Source: Candidatus Thorarchaeota archaeon (GTDB taxonomy: Archaea > Asgardarchaeota > Thorarchaeia > Thorarchaeales > Thorarchaeaceae). From it: a stretch of 50,856 nucleotides of DNA. The notes below the pieces were generated by a model. It was not told the DNA's origin, did not search any database, and saw nothing but the letters and a program-made list of their open reading frames with translations. The translations under genes were made by a program, and so were the position numbers. The stretch spans positions 1-50,856 of the forward strand of contig SDNO01000001.1 of NCBI GenBank assembly GCA_004524435.1, written 5' to 3'. Shown here in pieces: positions 9,172 through 18,287 of this stretch (position 1 is its first letter; the number at the start of each line of letters is the position of its first letter).

Positions 9172-9875
9172 ATAGGGTGAAGACAGGCATACCCGGATTT
9201 GACTCGCTGGTCAAGGGTGGCCTCATTGAGGGAAGCACAATCCTCGTTTCAGGTCGCACTGGGACCGGAAAGACGATATTTGGCCTACAATTCCTCTATC
9301 ATGGTGCCGTTAAGCACGATGATCACGGTGTCTTTGTCACGTTGGAAACCCGCCCGCATCTGTTGAGGGCACAGGCCATGGGTTTTGGCTGGGATCTAAA
9401 GAATCTAGAAGACGAAGATAAGATTATCATCATCGATGCTGCATCCAGTAAGGCGGGGCTCCCCACTTCCGAGAAGTTCGCACTGAAGCGGGGATTTGAC
9501 ATAACTTCCTTTGCCGAGGAGATCTATCAGGCAGTTGACCACTGTGGGGCAAAGCGTCTAGTGATAGACTGCCTTTCAGGATTGGGCCTGCGTTTCAGTG
9601 AGCCCTCCGAAGTACGCAGAGAGCTGCACAGAATCGGTTCGTTATTGAACGAAATGAATGTGACGTCCCTCTTTTTGAGTGAAGCATTGAATACCAACCG
9701 CCAGAGTCGGGCCGATGTGGAGCAGTTCGTCACACAGGGTCTGGTATTGCTGGACTTGGCAGAACACAACAACGAACTCCAAAGAAGTCTACTTGTATGG
9801 AAGATGCAGGCGACACCTCATAGTATGAAGCGCCATCACTTTGAAATCGGGCAAAGAGGCATCAAGATTCTCTGA
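9168..9875 (+). CDS. Single-domain KaiC/RecA-superfamily ATPase
   Basis: GIPGFDSLVKGGLIEGSTILVSGRTGTGKT (Walker A) and LVIDCLS (Walker B). Its ATG overlaps the Lrp stop (ATGA), which suggests translational coupling. Confidence 0.88.
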   Translation: MNRVKTGIPGFDSLVKGGLIEGSTILVSGRTGTGKTIFGLQFLYHGAVKHDDHGVFVTLETRPHLLRAQAMGFGWDLKNLEDEDKIIIIDAASSKAGLPTSEKFALKRGFDITSFAEEIYQAVDHCGAKRLVIDCLSGLGLRFSEPSEVRRELHRIGSLLNEMNVTSLFLSEALNTNRQSRADVEQFVTQGLVLLDLAEHNNELQRSLLVWKMQATPHSMKRHHFEIGQRGIKIL

Positions 9876-9880
9876 AGCCC

Positions 9881-10387
9881 CTAAGACCAGAAGTGGAGCA
9901 TTATCCCAATCCCTTGCAGTATCATGTAGCTAATGGTGAGGAATGGTATCAGAGGGGTCATTGGATCTTCTGATGCATCATTGTTAGCCCTTGAGTTTCT
10001 GGAATAGAACCATCCCAAGAGCAGCATGCCCAGAGTCATAAGACCTGAGGTGACTACTACCTCCAAAATGGGGTCCCCGCCCGTCGTGAAGACCATACCT
10101 GGACTCAGAAAGGCCACAATGAGAATTAGTTTCAGGTCGCCGCCTCCTATTGAACCAAGTCGATACAACACATAGCCCATCAGGCCTGTGAATCCGACTG
10201 CCACTCCATGTAACATGGGATACGCAAAGAGATGCCCTGAAAAGATTACTATGACGGTGGCAACTATGAAACTGACTAGTAACTGATGATTTGGAATCCT
10301 CCTAGTAGAGATGTCCATGTGACTGAACCATATGAGTATGGCTACGCAAGAACCAAACACGACTGCTGCGGACTCGACGGGACCCAT
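9881..10387 (-). CDS. A24-family prepilin/preflagellin peptidase-like membrane protein
   Basis: About six TM helices. The two catalytic-Asp contexts are HMDISTRRIPN and GGGDLKL (GxGD). The start is taken at the internal ATG (MGPVESAAVV...); the longest ORF runs to 10495. Confidence 0.7.
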   Translation of the reverse strand: MGPVESAAVVFGSCVAILIWFSHMDISTRRIPNHQLLVSFIVATVIVIFSGHLFAYPMLHGVAVGFTGLMGYVLYRLGSIGGGDLKLILIVAFLSPGMVFTTGGDPILEVVVTSGLMTLGMLLLGWFYSRNSRANNDASEDPMTPLIPFLTISYMILQGIGIMLHFWS

Positions 10388-10580
10388 GATTTGGTTCGAC
10401 TCCTGACCATCCTCGGTGAGAGCACACTGGTTTATCGTACCACCTCCATATATCTGCCTAGTTTTCCTCTCAAAGCTATCTGCATACAGCAACACAGATT
10501 AAGCGCCCATCGAATTCCTGTCCTGTGAACAAGAGCCCCAGTGGGGCTCTCAAACAGAGAAGTCAGAAGATGATCAGAGG

Positions 10581-11468
10581 ATGAAAGATCCAGCACAAGT
10601 AATTCAGGACACAACAGTTCGTCTTCTTCGGATGGCAGCCACCAAGCTTCCTCAGGATATTGAAGAGGCTCTGAAGGCAGCGCACAAGGAGGAAACCGAA
10701 GAAATAGCAAAGACACAGTTTGCTGCGATTCTTAAGAACATCGAGATCGCAGCTACTGGTGTGCCGATGTGCCAAGACACGGGCATTATGATCTTCTATG
10801 TCAAAGTGGGAAACAAGTTCCCCTTCCTAGGCGAGATTGAATCGGCCTTAGAGAAGGCAACCGTAGAAGCGACAAAGAAGACACCTCTACGTCCGAACGC
10901 AGTGAACCCCATTGTGGGGGGTAACTCTGGCGACAACACCGGCAGAAAGATTCCATGGATCAACTGGGACATTGTCGAGGGCGATTCCCTTGAGATTACT
11001 GCGTTCCCGAAGGGCGGCGGGAGTGAGAACGTGGCAGTCTTAGGCATGCTAAAGCCGGGCGTTGGACTTGCAGGTGTGAAGAAGCTAGTCATCGATAATG
11101 CCATGAACTACATGGGAAAGGCCTGCTCTCCAAACATCATTGGTGTGGGAATCGGAGGCGGAGCAGACATCGCACTCAAGATTGCAAAGAAGCAACTGAT
11201 GCGCCCCCTAGATGACAGCCATCCTGAACCAGAAGTGGCAGCGATTGAGGATGAGCTTAAGAAGGCACTCAATGCCACCGGGATTGGTCCAATGGGTCTG
11301 GGTGGTAAGACGACAGTCCTTGGAGTGAAGATTGACTATGCTATGAGGCATCCTGCCAGTCTTCCTGTTGGTGTAGCGGTTCAATGTTGGGCCGCACGCC
11401 GGAGCACAGCTGTGATATCCAAGGACCTAGAAGTAGAGTATCTCACACATCCAGTGGAGGAGAAGTGA
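10581..11468 (+). CDS. Class I (Fe-S) fumarate hydratase / tartrate dehydratase, alpha subunit
   Basis: MCQDTGIMIFYVKVG and the overall Fe-S hydro-lyase alpha pattern. Confidence 0.9.
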   Translation: MKDPAQVIQDTTVRLLRMAATKLPQDIEEALKAAHKEETEEIAKTQFAAILKNIEIAATGVPMCQDTGIMIFYVKVGNKFPFLGEIESALEKATVEATKKTPLRPNAVNPIVGGNSGDNTGRKIPWINWDIVEGDSLEITAFPKGGGSENVAVLGMLKPGVGLAGVKKLVIDNAMNYMGKACSPNIIGVGIGGGADIALKIAKKQLMRPLDDSHPEPEVAAIEDELKKALNATGIGPMGLGGKTTVLGVKIDYAMRHPASLPVGVAVQCWAARRSTAVISKDLEVEYLTHPVEEK

Positions 11469-11469
11469 A

Positions 11470-12078
11470 ATGGCAGAATATCATCTCACTACACCGATCT
11501 CGGAAGAGGATGCTAGGAAGTTGAAGGCCGGCGATGTGGTCTATGTCACCGGTGAACATGTATATACTGCCCGGGATGAGGCTCATGAACGCGCCCTTGA
11601 AATGTACGGAAGGGGTGAGAAGCCGCCCGTCGAGTTTGAAGGAAGCGTCGTATATCATGTTGGTCCGGTCGCACAGAAGAGGGACGGAAAATGGTATATT
11701 GTTTCGGCTGGCCCGACAACAAGCATCCGTATGGAACTCTTCGAGGACGAGTTCCTCAAGAAGTACAAGCCACGGATCATCATAGGCAAGGGCGGTATGG
11801 GTCCAAAGACTCTAGCTGCGCTGGAAGAGGTAGGTGCGGTCTACTGCAGCTTCACAGGTGGTTGTGGTGCTTTGGCTTCTCAAGGGCTAAAAGAAGTTCG
11901 CGCCTACGAATGGCAAGACCTCGGAATGCCCGAGGCACTTTGGGTAATAACCGCCGAGGAATTCGGCCCCCTCCTTGTCACAATGGACTCACATGGCAGA
12001 AGCCTGCATGATGAGATGGATGAGAAGGTTGAGGCCAAACGAAAGGCCATCTATGCCAAGTTGGGTATTCAGCAATAA
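11470..12078 (+). CDS. Class I (Fe-S) fumarate hydratase / tartrate dehydratase, beta subunit
   Basis: GDVVYVTGEHVYTARDEAH...IIGKGGMG. GGAGGAG Shine-Dalgarno upstream, and the gene starts 1 nt after the alpha-subunit stop. Confidence 0.9.
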   Translation: MAEYHLTTPISEEDARKLKAGDVVYVTGEHVYTARDEAHERALEMYGRGEKPPVEFEGSVVYHVGPVAQKRDGKWYIVSAGPTTSIRMELFEDEFLKKYKPRIIIGKGGMGPKTLAALEEVGAVYCSFTGGCGALASQGLKEVRAYEWQDLGMPEALWVITAEEFGPLLVTMDSHGRSLHDEMDEKVEAKRKAIYAKLGIQQ

Positions 12079-12098
12079 CAGACGAGTACATCATCGAT

Positions 12099-12118
12099 AG
12101 ACAGGCCTAGGCCTGTCT
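12099..12118. terminator. Perfect 20-nt palindrome/hairpin between convergent genes
   Basis: AGACAGGCCTAGGCCTGTCT lies between the fumarase beta stop (12078) and the stop of the minus-strand small ORF (12144). It may be a bidirectional terminator or a protein-binding palindrome. Confidence 0.45.
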
Positions 12119-12143
12119 GTCTCCTCTCTTTCTATGCCGGCGC

Positions 12144-12389
12144 TCACATTCCTAGCGCATTCATAATGGGAACTGTGATGCCGTATATCATGAAGAAGAG
12201 CAATACGAAAACTGCCACCAATAGGAGTAGATTCTCCGCCTTCATCCATAGCACCCCCGGACGAGTAGGATATACAGTCCATTCTTTTAGAAGTTGACTG
12301 TCTATACCCAAAAAGGCTGCGTTCAGCGCCAATACAAGCTTATGAACAAAATTCTCTTTCAATTCTGGGAAGATAACCTCTAGTTTCAT
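12144..12389 (-). CDS. Small hypothetical protein with a C-terminal TM helix
   Basis: 81-aa ORF (MKLEVIFPELKENF...LLLLVAVFVLLFFMIYGITV) with GAGGGTGA about 10 nt upstream of the ATG. The longer 141-aa version overlaps the tfrA start and is rejected. Confidence 0.4.
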   Translation of the reverse strand: MKLEVIFPELKENFVHKLVLALNAAFLGIDSQLLKEWTVYPTRPGVLWMKAENLLLLVAVFVLLFFMIYGITVPIMNALGM

Positions 12390-12487
12390 CTGAGGCTTTT
12401 CACCCTCAACAGTAACAACAATAAAGGGGAAGAGGAAACCGCCATCCCGATACAGAGAACGTTCGTCTTCAATCGGAGGACTATAGT

Positions 12488-14176
12488 TTGGAATACAAGA
12501 CCATTGTGTGTGATGTACTGGTTGTGGGCGCCGGCGGTGCAGGCTGTCGGGCTGCAATAGAAGCCTCAAACCACAACTTGGACGTCATAATGCTAAGCAA
12601 AGAACTCCTCGGCAAGGCGCATACCTCTATGGCCGAGGGTGGAATCAACGTTGCTCTAGGAAATGTCGATCCAAAGGACGATCCCGCGACCCACTTCAAA
12701 GACACAGTCGTTGGCGGCAACTACATCAACAACCAAGAACTCGTCGAAATTCTTGTTGACAATGCTACCTCCCGCGTCTATGACTTGGAAGAGATGGGTG
12801 CCGTTTTCGATCGAACTCCCGAAGGAAAGATTGCCCAGAGACCGTTTGGGAAACAGAGTTGGCGGCGAACTGCCTATGCCTCTGATAGAACAGGATCAGA
12901 AATAATGGTGACCCTAGTAGAGGCGATTCGTAAGAGTTCTGTTCGAGTCTTTGACGAAATGTTTGCAACCAAACTGCTTGTTCAAGACGGCAGGATTGCG
13001 GGCGTAACAGCCATCGACATGAAGTATGGCGACTACCTAGTATTCCGTGCCAAGGCCGTGGTGATGGCAACAGGTGGAGCTGGCCGAATCTATAAGGTTA
13101 CAAGTAATGCTCAGCTCGATGTGGGCGATGGATATGCAATGGCCTACGAGGCTGGTTGCGAGATGATTGATATGGAGATGATTCAGTTCCATCCCACCGG
13201 CATGACAAGGCCTGAATCCGCCAAAGGAAGGCTTGTGACTGAGGCTGTACGTGGAGAGGGAGGTATTCTTCTCAACAGCGAGGGCGAACGTTTCATGAAG
13301 AACTATTATCCACAGGTCATGGAGCTGGCAGGTCGTGACCAGGTCGCTCGCTCCATAATGACCGAGGTCATTGAAGGGAGAGGTTCCCCCACGGGCGGAG
13401 CCTATCTCAGCATTAGCCACTTACCAAAACGGATTGTTGAGTTTCGACTGGAGAGCATGATTGAGCAGTTCGGTGATGCAGGAGTTGACATACGTGAGGA
13501 ACCTATGGAGGTTTCTCCAACATGTCACCACTTCATGGGAGGAATCTCTATCGATACTGACGCTCAAGCCAGTATCCCTGGGCTCTTTGCGTCTGGGGAG
13601 TGCATGGGTGGCCTCCATGGAGGAAATAGGCTGGGTGGAAATGCACTTTGCGATACGCAAGTATTCGGTGCTCTATCTGGTGAGAATGCGGCCAAGTTCG
13701 CCAAGGAGCACAGTCTGACGGGCTTCGACAGAGAGGTTGCCAAACAGGAGTTTGACCGAGTTGAGGCGATGCTGCAACGAAAAGATGGCATTTCTCCTGC
13801 AGATGCTCGTGAGGAGCTCAATAATCTCATGTGGAGTAAGGTCCAAATCTTCCGGAATGAAGAGGATCTCGAATATGCGGTCAAGGAGCTCAAGCGCATC
13901 CAGAAAGAAGTAGTTCCGAAGATCAAAGTGGATGTACCAATCAAGCGGTTCAATCCGGGATGGCATCAAGCGATTGAGTTCGCTCATATGGTGACCACGG
14001 CTCGAATGGTGGCTGAGACTGCATACATGAGGAAAGGCAGTCGTGGTGCACACTACCGCGTTGATGCTGACCCCGATGATAAGGGCTATTACAACATCGT
14101 GATACGCAAGGGCGACGATGGGGAGATGGACCTCAAGAGGAAGGACCTTGTGATAACCAAGATCCAGCCGCCGTAG
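12488..14176 (+). CDS. tfrA: Succinate dehydrogenase/fumarate reductase flavoprotein subunit (TfrA-like)
   Basis: FAD fold DVLVVGAGGAGCRAA, FHPTGM, GGNRLGGNAL. TTG start 8 nt after GGAGG. Confidence 0.92.
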   Translation: MEYKTIVCDVLVVGAGGAGCRAAIEASNHNLDVIMLSKELLGKAHTSMAEGGINVALGNVDPKDDPATHFKDTVVGGNYINNQELVEILVDNATSRVYDLEEMGAVFDRTPEGKIAQRPFGKQSWRRTAYASDRTGSEIMVTLVEAIRKSSVRVFDEMFATKLLVQDGRIAGVTAIDMKYGDYLVFRAKAVVMATGGAGRIYKVTSNAQLDVGDGYAMAYEAGCEMIDMEMIQFHPTGMTRPESAKGRLVTEAVRGEGGILLNSEGERFMKNYYPQVMELAGRDQVARSIMTEVIEGRGSPTGGAYLSISHLPKRIVEFRLESMIEQFGDAGVDIREEPMEVSPTCHHFMGGISIDTDAQASIPGLFASGECMGGLHGGNRLGGNALCDTQVFGALSGENAAKFAKEHSLTGFDREVAKQEFDRVEAMLQRKDGISPADAREELNNLMWSKVQIFRNEEDLEYAVKELKRIQKEVVPKIKVDVPIKRFNPGWHQAIEFAHMVTTARMVAETAYMRKGSRGAHYRVDADPDDKGYYNIVIRKGDDGEMDLKRKDLVITKIQPP

Positions 14177-14188
14177 GAGGAGTTGAAG

Positions 14189-15751
14189 ATGGCTAAGAAA
14201 TTCAAGACAACTGTTCAGAGATATAACCCAGATATGGACGACAGTCCCTACTTCGAAGACTTCGAAGTCGAATACGAACCAGGAATGACTGTGCTCGATG
14301 CACTACTCTATATCCAGGACAAATACGACTCAAGCTTGGCATTCCGTTGGGAGTGCCGAGGCGGTCAATGTGGATCCTGTGCCATCAAGGTCAACGGAAC
14401 TGCACGGATATCGTGCCGGACGAAGGTGAATCCGGACAAAGACATCTTGCTAGAACCCCTAGACAAGATGCCTATCATCAAGGATCTTGTTGTCGACATG
14501 GCACAGGTCACATATCGAATTCGACGTATTCGTCCATACGTTGCTCGTGATAAGCCACCTCAACGACCGGAGATTATACAGGCCGAGGAGATTGAGAAAC
14601 TGCGCGAGATAAGAAAATGCATAGAGTGCAGTGCTTGCCTCTCAAACTGTCCCATTGTTGCAGAGACTTGGGACTACCCTGGGCCAATGATTATCCGTCA
14701 GCTAGCTCGACTTCAGCTTGACCCTCGAGATGTCGAGGATAGGGTTTCCATGGCCCTAGACGAGGCCGTGTACACGTGCACAACCTGCAAGATGTGTGAG
14801 GACATCTGTCCTAAGAACATCAAGATTCCAAGTCTTGCAGTGGAGCTGCTTCGGGCAAAGGCCGTCGAGGCCGGCTATCCCCTGGCTGCAGGTCAACAGG
14901 GTTTCATCGACTCGATAAACAAGACTGGACGTTCTGTTCCTGAAAAGGATGCACCATTACTCCAGACGACCGAAACTGAAGAATTCCTGGTAGATACTCC
15001 TCAAGGCAGAGTGGCATTCTTCACAGGCTGCCTGATTGACTATCGAATGCAAGACACAGGTAGGGCCCTCATCGAGGTACTGAACAGAAACAATGTAGAT
15101 GTCATCGTTCCCAAAGAACAGTGGTGTTGTGCCAGCCCCGCCTTCAGGACAGGCGATGTTCACACAGGGAAAGCAGCAGCTGTTCGTGTCACAGAAATCT
15201 TCGAGGAAGTGGCGGAGAAGTATGATCTGGATGAGGTAGTAGTCGCCTGTGCCGGTTGTGGCAAGACCCTGCGTGAAGACCACCGTCCCATCATTGAAGA
15301 GATGCGTGGCGAGCCACCGAAATTCAAGGTCTATGATCTTGCAGAATATCTTCTTGACGTGATAGGCGAGGAGAATATGGTCAAACCCAAGGGCAGGATT
15401 GAGATGAAAATCACATACCACGAACCGTGTCACCTTGGTCGTGGTCAAGGGGTTGTTGACCAGCCTATAGAGCTTCTCAAGATGGTTCCGGGTGTCGAAT
15501 ACATCGAAGACCCCTACAAGAACCGATGTTGTGGTGCTGGTGGCGGTGTCCGTGCCGGACTACGTGATCTCTCCATGAAGATTGCCACTACGAAGAAGGA
15601 GTATATCGAGAAGACAGGGGCCGACATGGTGACCACTGAGTGTCCGTTCTGCACCATACAAATCAAAGACATTCTGAAGGGAACACCCATCGAAACAAAA
15701 TACATCCCTGACCTCTTGGCCGAGTCCTATCGAAAGGGTGACAAAAAGTAG
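14189..15751 (+). CDS. tfrB: Fumarate reductase iron-sulfur subunit fused to an HdrD-like double CCG domain (TfrB-like)
   Basis: N-terminal 2Fe-2S motif CRGGQCGSCAIKVNGTARISC. Two 4Fe-4S motifs, CIECSACLSNCP and CTTCKMCEDICP. Two CCG modules, GC...WCCA...CAGC and PC...RCCGAGGG...CPFC. ATG at 14189, 8 nt after GGAGG. Confidence 0.9.
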   Translation: MAKKFKTTVQRYNPDMDDSPYFEDFEVEYEPGMTVLDALLYIQDKYDSSLAFRWECRGGQCGSCAIKVNGTARISCRTKVNPDKDILLEPLDKMPIIKDLVVDMAQVTYRIRRIRPYVARDKPPQRPEIIQAEEIEKLREIRKCIECSACLSNCPIVAETWDYPGPMIIRQLARLQLDPRDVEDRVSMALDEAVYTCTTCKMCEDICPKNIKIPSLAVELLRAKAVEAGYPLAAGQQGFIDSINKTGRSVPEKDAPLLQTTETEEFLVDTPQGRVAFFTGCLIDYRMQDTGRALIEVLNRNNVDVIVPKEQWCCASPAFRTGDVHTGKAAAVRVTEIFEEVAEKYDLDEVVVACAGCGKTLREDHRPIIEEMRGEPPKFKVYDLAEYLLDVIGEENMVKPKGRIEMKITYHEPCHLGRGQGVVDQPIELLKMVPGVEYIEDPYKNRCCGAGGGVRAGLRDLSMKIATTKKEYIEKTGADMVTTECPFCTIQIKDILKGTPIETKYIPDLLAESYRKGDKK

Positions 15752-15762
15752 ATCGAATCTAG

Positions 15763-15797
15763 AGGGCGGAGAAATCCGCTCTGTTTCTCTTTTTCTG
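15763..15797 (+). terminator. Hairpin with GAAA tetraloop followed by a T-rich tract
   Basis: 8-bp stem AGGGCGGA/TCCGCTCT (one G-U pair) with loop GAAA, then GTTTCTCTTTTTCTG. It lies between the convergent tfrB and the 15802 ORF. Confidence 0.5.
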
Positions 15798-15801
15798 ATA
15801 T

Positions 15802-17097
15802 CTAGTCCCTCTTCAAGTATTGTCGGAGCATGCGATGCGTCTGAAGCGCTGCAAGGTCCTCAGGAATCATGCCGAGGTCTGAGAGTCCCCATGTTGCATG
15901 GGCAAATATCATGACATGTGATGCAGCAGGGTGGCCGTTTAGTGCAGCCATCGCATACTGGGCAGCCCTCACAAGACTCCATTCGTCCTTTCCAATGTCT
16001 TGAATTCTTCCTTCGAAACTCCGGCAATCCTTGTCCAGCATGGCTCCCCAGTAGTCGCCGATATTTTCGTCGAGCCAGGTCTTGAGGGGACCACTATGCG
16101 GCGCGAGGATCTTTTCAGGAGATTCCTTCCAGTCCGTTCCTGTTTCCTTCTCAATCAGCGTTTCGACAGATATGTCGTCATCCTGAACATGATTCGTGCC
16201 TGTATTCTGCTTCAGCTCTTCTATGAGCCAATGAATTGTGGTAGAGTCGACTGTTCCCTTCTGAGCAGCAACCGCTATTCGATGGGCGAATATTGCATTG
16301 TGCCCCAGTATTCCGTAGCGGACAGTCGCATTCTTGTAGAGCGTTCCATACCTCGATATCGATGTAGGAGATGCTCTTACGGCGTAGTCTGGTTCTGGGT
16401 CAAATCCCCTCGGTCTGCGGTTCGGTACTTTTCTGACGAGATACTCAGTGAGGTGCCACAGCACCGCCTCATGAGGCATTGTGAATCGAGCCTCAGGCAG
16501 CTCCGAGAGAAGGGAGACTGGAAGAATGAAGGTATGACCAAGACGATCTGGACGCTCCGCACCAAGCGTTACCGTCATTCGGAGCAACCTAGTGTAACTG
16601 CCCTGTGCAGCCAGTGCTATTACTGAACGGAGTGCACTGATATGACTTCTCTCACGTATCGCCTGTACATACGAGTGAAGCATATTGTCGGGAGAATCCC
16701 CTGTCTTTTTGATCTTGTATCTTGGACCTCTCTCAGGACCCCAGTGGTCTACTGCAGCCAAATATCGTGCAAGACGCTCAATCAGGAAGCTCTGAAGATT
16801 ATCCCGGAGTCCATCAGGAAGAACCATTGGTGACTGCCCATAACTCTCATCCAACAGGTCCGAATTGGGGCCACATTCCTCGATCATCTGGTGGATGGAA
16901 TTGACAAGTATTGTCGCATGAGGTGTATCATACGTTCGCTCTTCATGCCAGGCCGCAGCGTGCATCAATATCGCCCAGATAGCAGATGACTGAGCTCTTG
17001 ATGGCATCTGATTGACCAATGTTGCTGCCGCTCGTTCATCCTTTTTCATACAGGCCTGAAAGAGATTCAAGTCCTCATCCAATGTAATTGACCTCAA
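15802..17097 (-). CDS. Hypothetical protein (431 aa, mostly helical, no motif recognised)
   Basis: Long uninterrupted ORF with coding-like composition. Only short shadow ORFs compete with it. Confidence 0.7.
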   Translation of the reverse strand: MRSITLDEDLNLFQACMKKDERAAATLVNQMPSRAQSSAIWAILMHAAAWHEERTYDTPHATILVNSIHQMIEECGPNSDLLDESYGQSPMVLPDGLRDNLQSFLIERLARYLAAVDHWGPERGPRYKIKKTGDSPDNMLHSYVQAIRERSHISALRSVIALAAQGSYTRLLRMTVTLGAERPDRLGHTFILPVSLLSELPEARFTMPHEAVLWHLTEYLVRKVPNRRPRGFDPEPDYAVRASPTSISRYGTLYKNATVRYGILGHNAIFAHRIAVAAQKGTVDSTTIHWLIEELKQNTGTNHVQDDDISVETLIEKETGTDWKESPEKILAPHSGPLKTWLDENIGDYWGAMLDKDCRSFEGRIQDIGKDEWSLVRAAQYAMAALNGHPAASHVMIFAHATWGLSDLGMIPEDLAALQTHRMLRQYLKRD

Positions 17098-17154
17098 ACA
17101 AGCAATAATGGATGCCCATCCATTTATCTCTTCAGAGCACCGAAGCGGATGGCT

Positions 17155-17697
17155 CTAGGACACAATAAAAGACTCGTTGCAGACGGGACAGTTTATTGTT
17201 TCCCCTCGAACTGCAATTCGTTCTAATTCGCTCTTGCAGTAGGGACATGCGGCTATTGTCTTTGGTGCAGGTCCGGTTCCAGTGCCCAGTATAAAGTCAC
17301 CTGAATCGCGGTCTATCCGTCCTGACAGCTCTCGGCCATCGAGAAGATCGCTGATTATTTTGGTGGCATTAATGGCATCGACCCCGGACTCCTGTGCGAT
17401 TCTCTCAATGGGAAGTCGTCTCATGGCCTGAATAGTACGTCTAATAGCAGTGACGGGGTCAACAGTTCCTTCCCTCTTAGCTGAGGCCATACCTGTTGTA
17501 GCGCTTGTCTGTTCCTGTTCCTCTGTGATGGAGATAGACGGGATGCCCTGCTCTCCTCCGCCTGCCTTTGCCAGTTGGGACTTCAATTCTGCAATCCGTG
17601 CCTTGTAATCGTCCTCGTTTATCCAACCCTTCATGTAATCTAGGTCCAGTTCTCTGATTTGTTTGGCCAGCTCGTCCCTATCTTGGTCAGAACTCAT
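17155..17697 (-). CDS. Hypothetical protein with a SHOCT-like N-terminal helix, a winged-helix-like segment and a C-terminal zinc ribbon
   Basis: KGWINEDDYKARIAELKSQL; LPIERIAQESGVDAINATKIISDLLDGRELSGRIDRDSGDFIL; CPYC-x16-CPVC. TATATAA sits about 44 nt upstream on the coding strand. Confidence 0.7.
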   Translation of the reverse strand: MSSDQDRDELAKQIRELDLDYMKGWINEDDYKARIAELKSQLAKAGGGEQGIPSISITEEQEQTSATTGMASAKREGTVDPVTAIRRTIQAMRRLPIERIAQESGVDAINATKIISDLLDGRELSGRIDRDSGDFILGTGTGPAPKTIAACPYCKSELERIAVRGETINCPVCNESFIVS

Positions 17698-17867
17698 TAT
17701 TCTTCGGCTTCTCCTTCTACCAGTCAGAATTCGGATCGTTATATAAGGTAAACGAGAACGGTAAAGCCCCCTTGAGTCTGCCTAGTTGGTCCCCAATCAT
17801 CCTCTGATGCACCTAGACGAAAAGAAAAAAGCATAGACCTGTGACGCTTGAACTGGAGCTCATTCAA

Positions 17868-18257
17868 GTGCATGAATTCTCAGCTGCATGTTCGATAGTG
17901 GAAACAGCCCTCCAAGCGGCACGCCAACATAACGCAATCAAGGTGACTGCGGTAAATATCGAGGTCGGCGAGTTCACATTCTTGGTTCCTGAACAACTGG
18001 AGTTCAATTTCGAGATTGCAGGTAAGGACACAATTCTCGAGGGAGCACAGCTGAATATCTCCAAAGTTCGAGGAGTTCTCAAGTGTCATGATTGCGGTTT
18101 TGAAGGTGTGTCCGAGCAGGACCCCAGTCTTCCCCCACAGATTGCAGTCTTTGCTCCTCTAAAATGTCCAAAATGTGGAGGCAGCTCGACTGAGATTGTG
18201 GGCGGAAAAGAGTTCTTCATAACGAATATCGAAGCGGAAATTGGCTCCTCAGAATGA
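17868..18257 (+). CDS. hypA: [NiFe]-hydrogenase nickel-insertion protein HypA
   Basis: A GTG start gives the canonical MHEFS N-terminus. The zinc site is CHDCG...CPKCGG. The longest ORF starts at 17841. Confidence 0.88.
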   Translation: MHEFSAACSIVETALQAARQHNAIKVTAVNIEVGEFTFLVPEQLEFNFEIAGKDTILEGAQLNISKVRGVLKCHDCGFEGVSEQDPSLPPQIAVFAPLKCPKCGGSSTEIVGGKEFFITNIEAEIGSSE

Positions 18258-18287
18258 GCTATAGCCTACCATCTCATGCCGCAGACC

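Noticed and set aside
12390-12569. Long (141-aa) version of the minus-strand small ORF
   Set aside because: It would overlap the tfrA start and its Shine-Dalgarno. The extension is Arg/Pro/His-rich and non-protein-like. An internal ATG with an upstream GAGGGTGA fits better.
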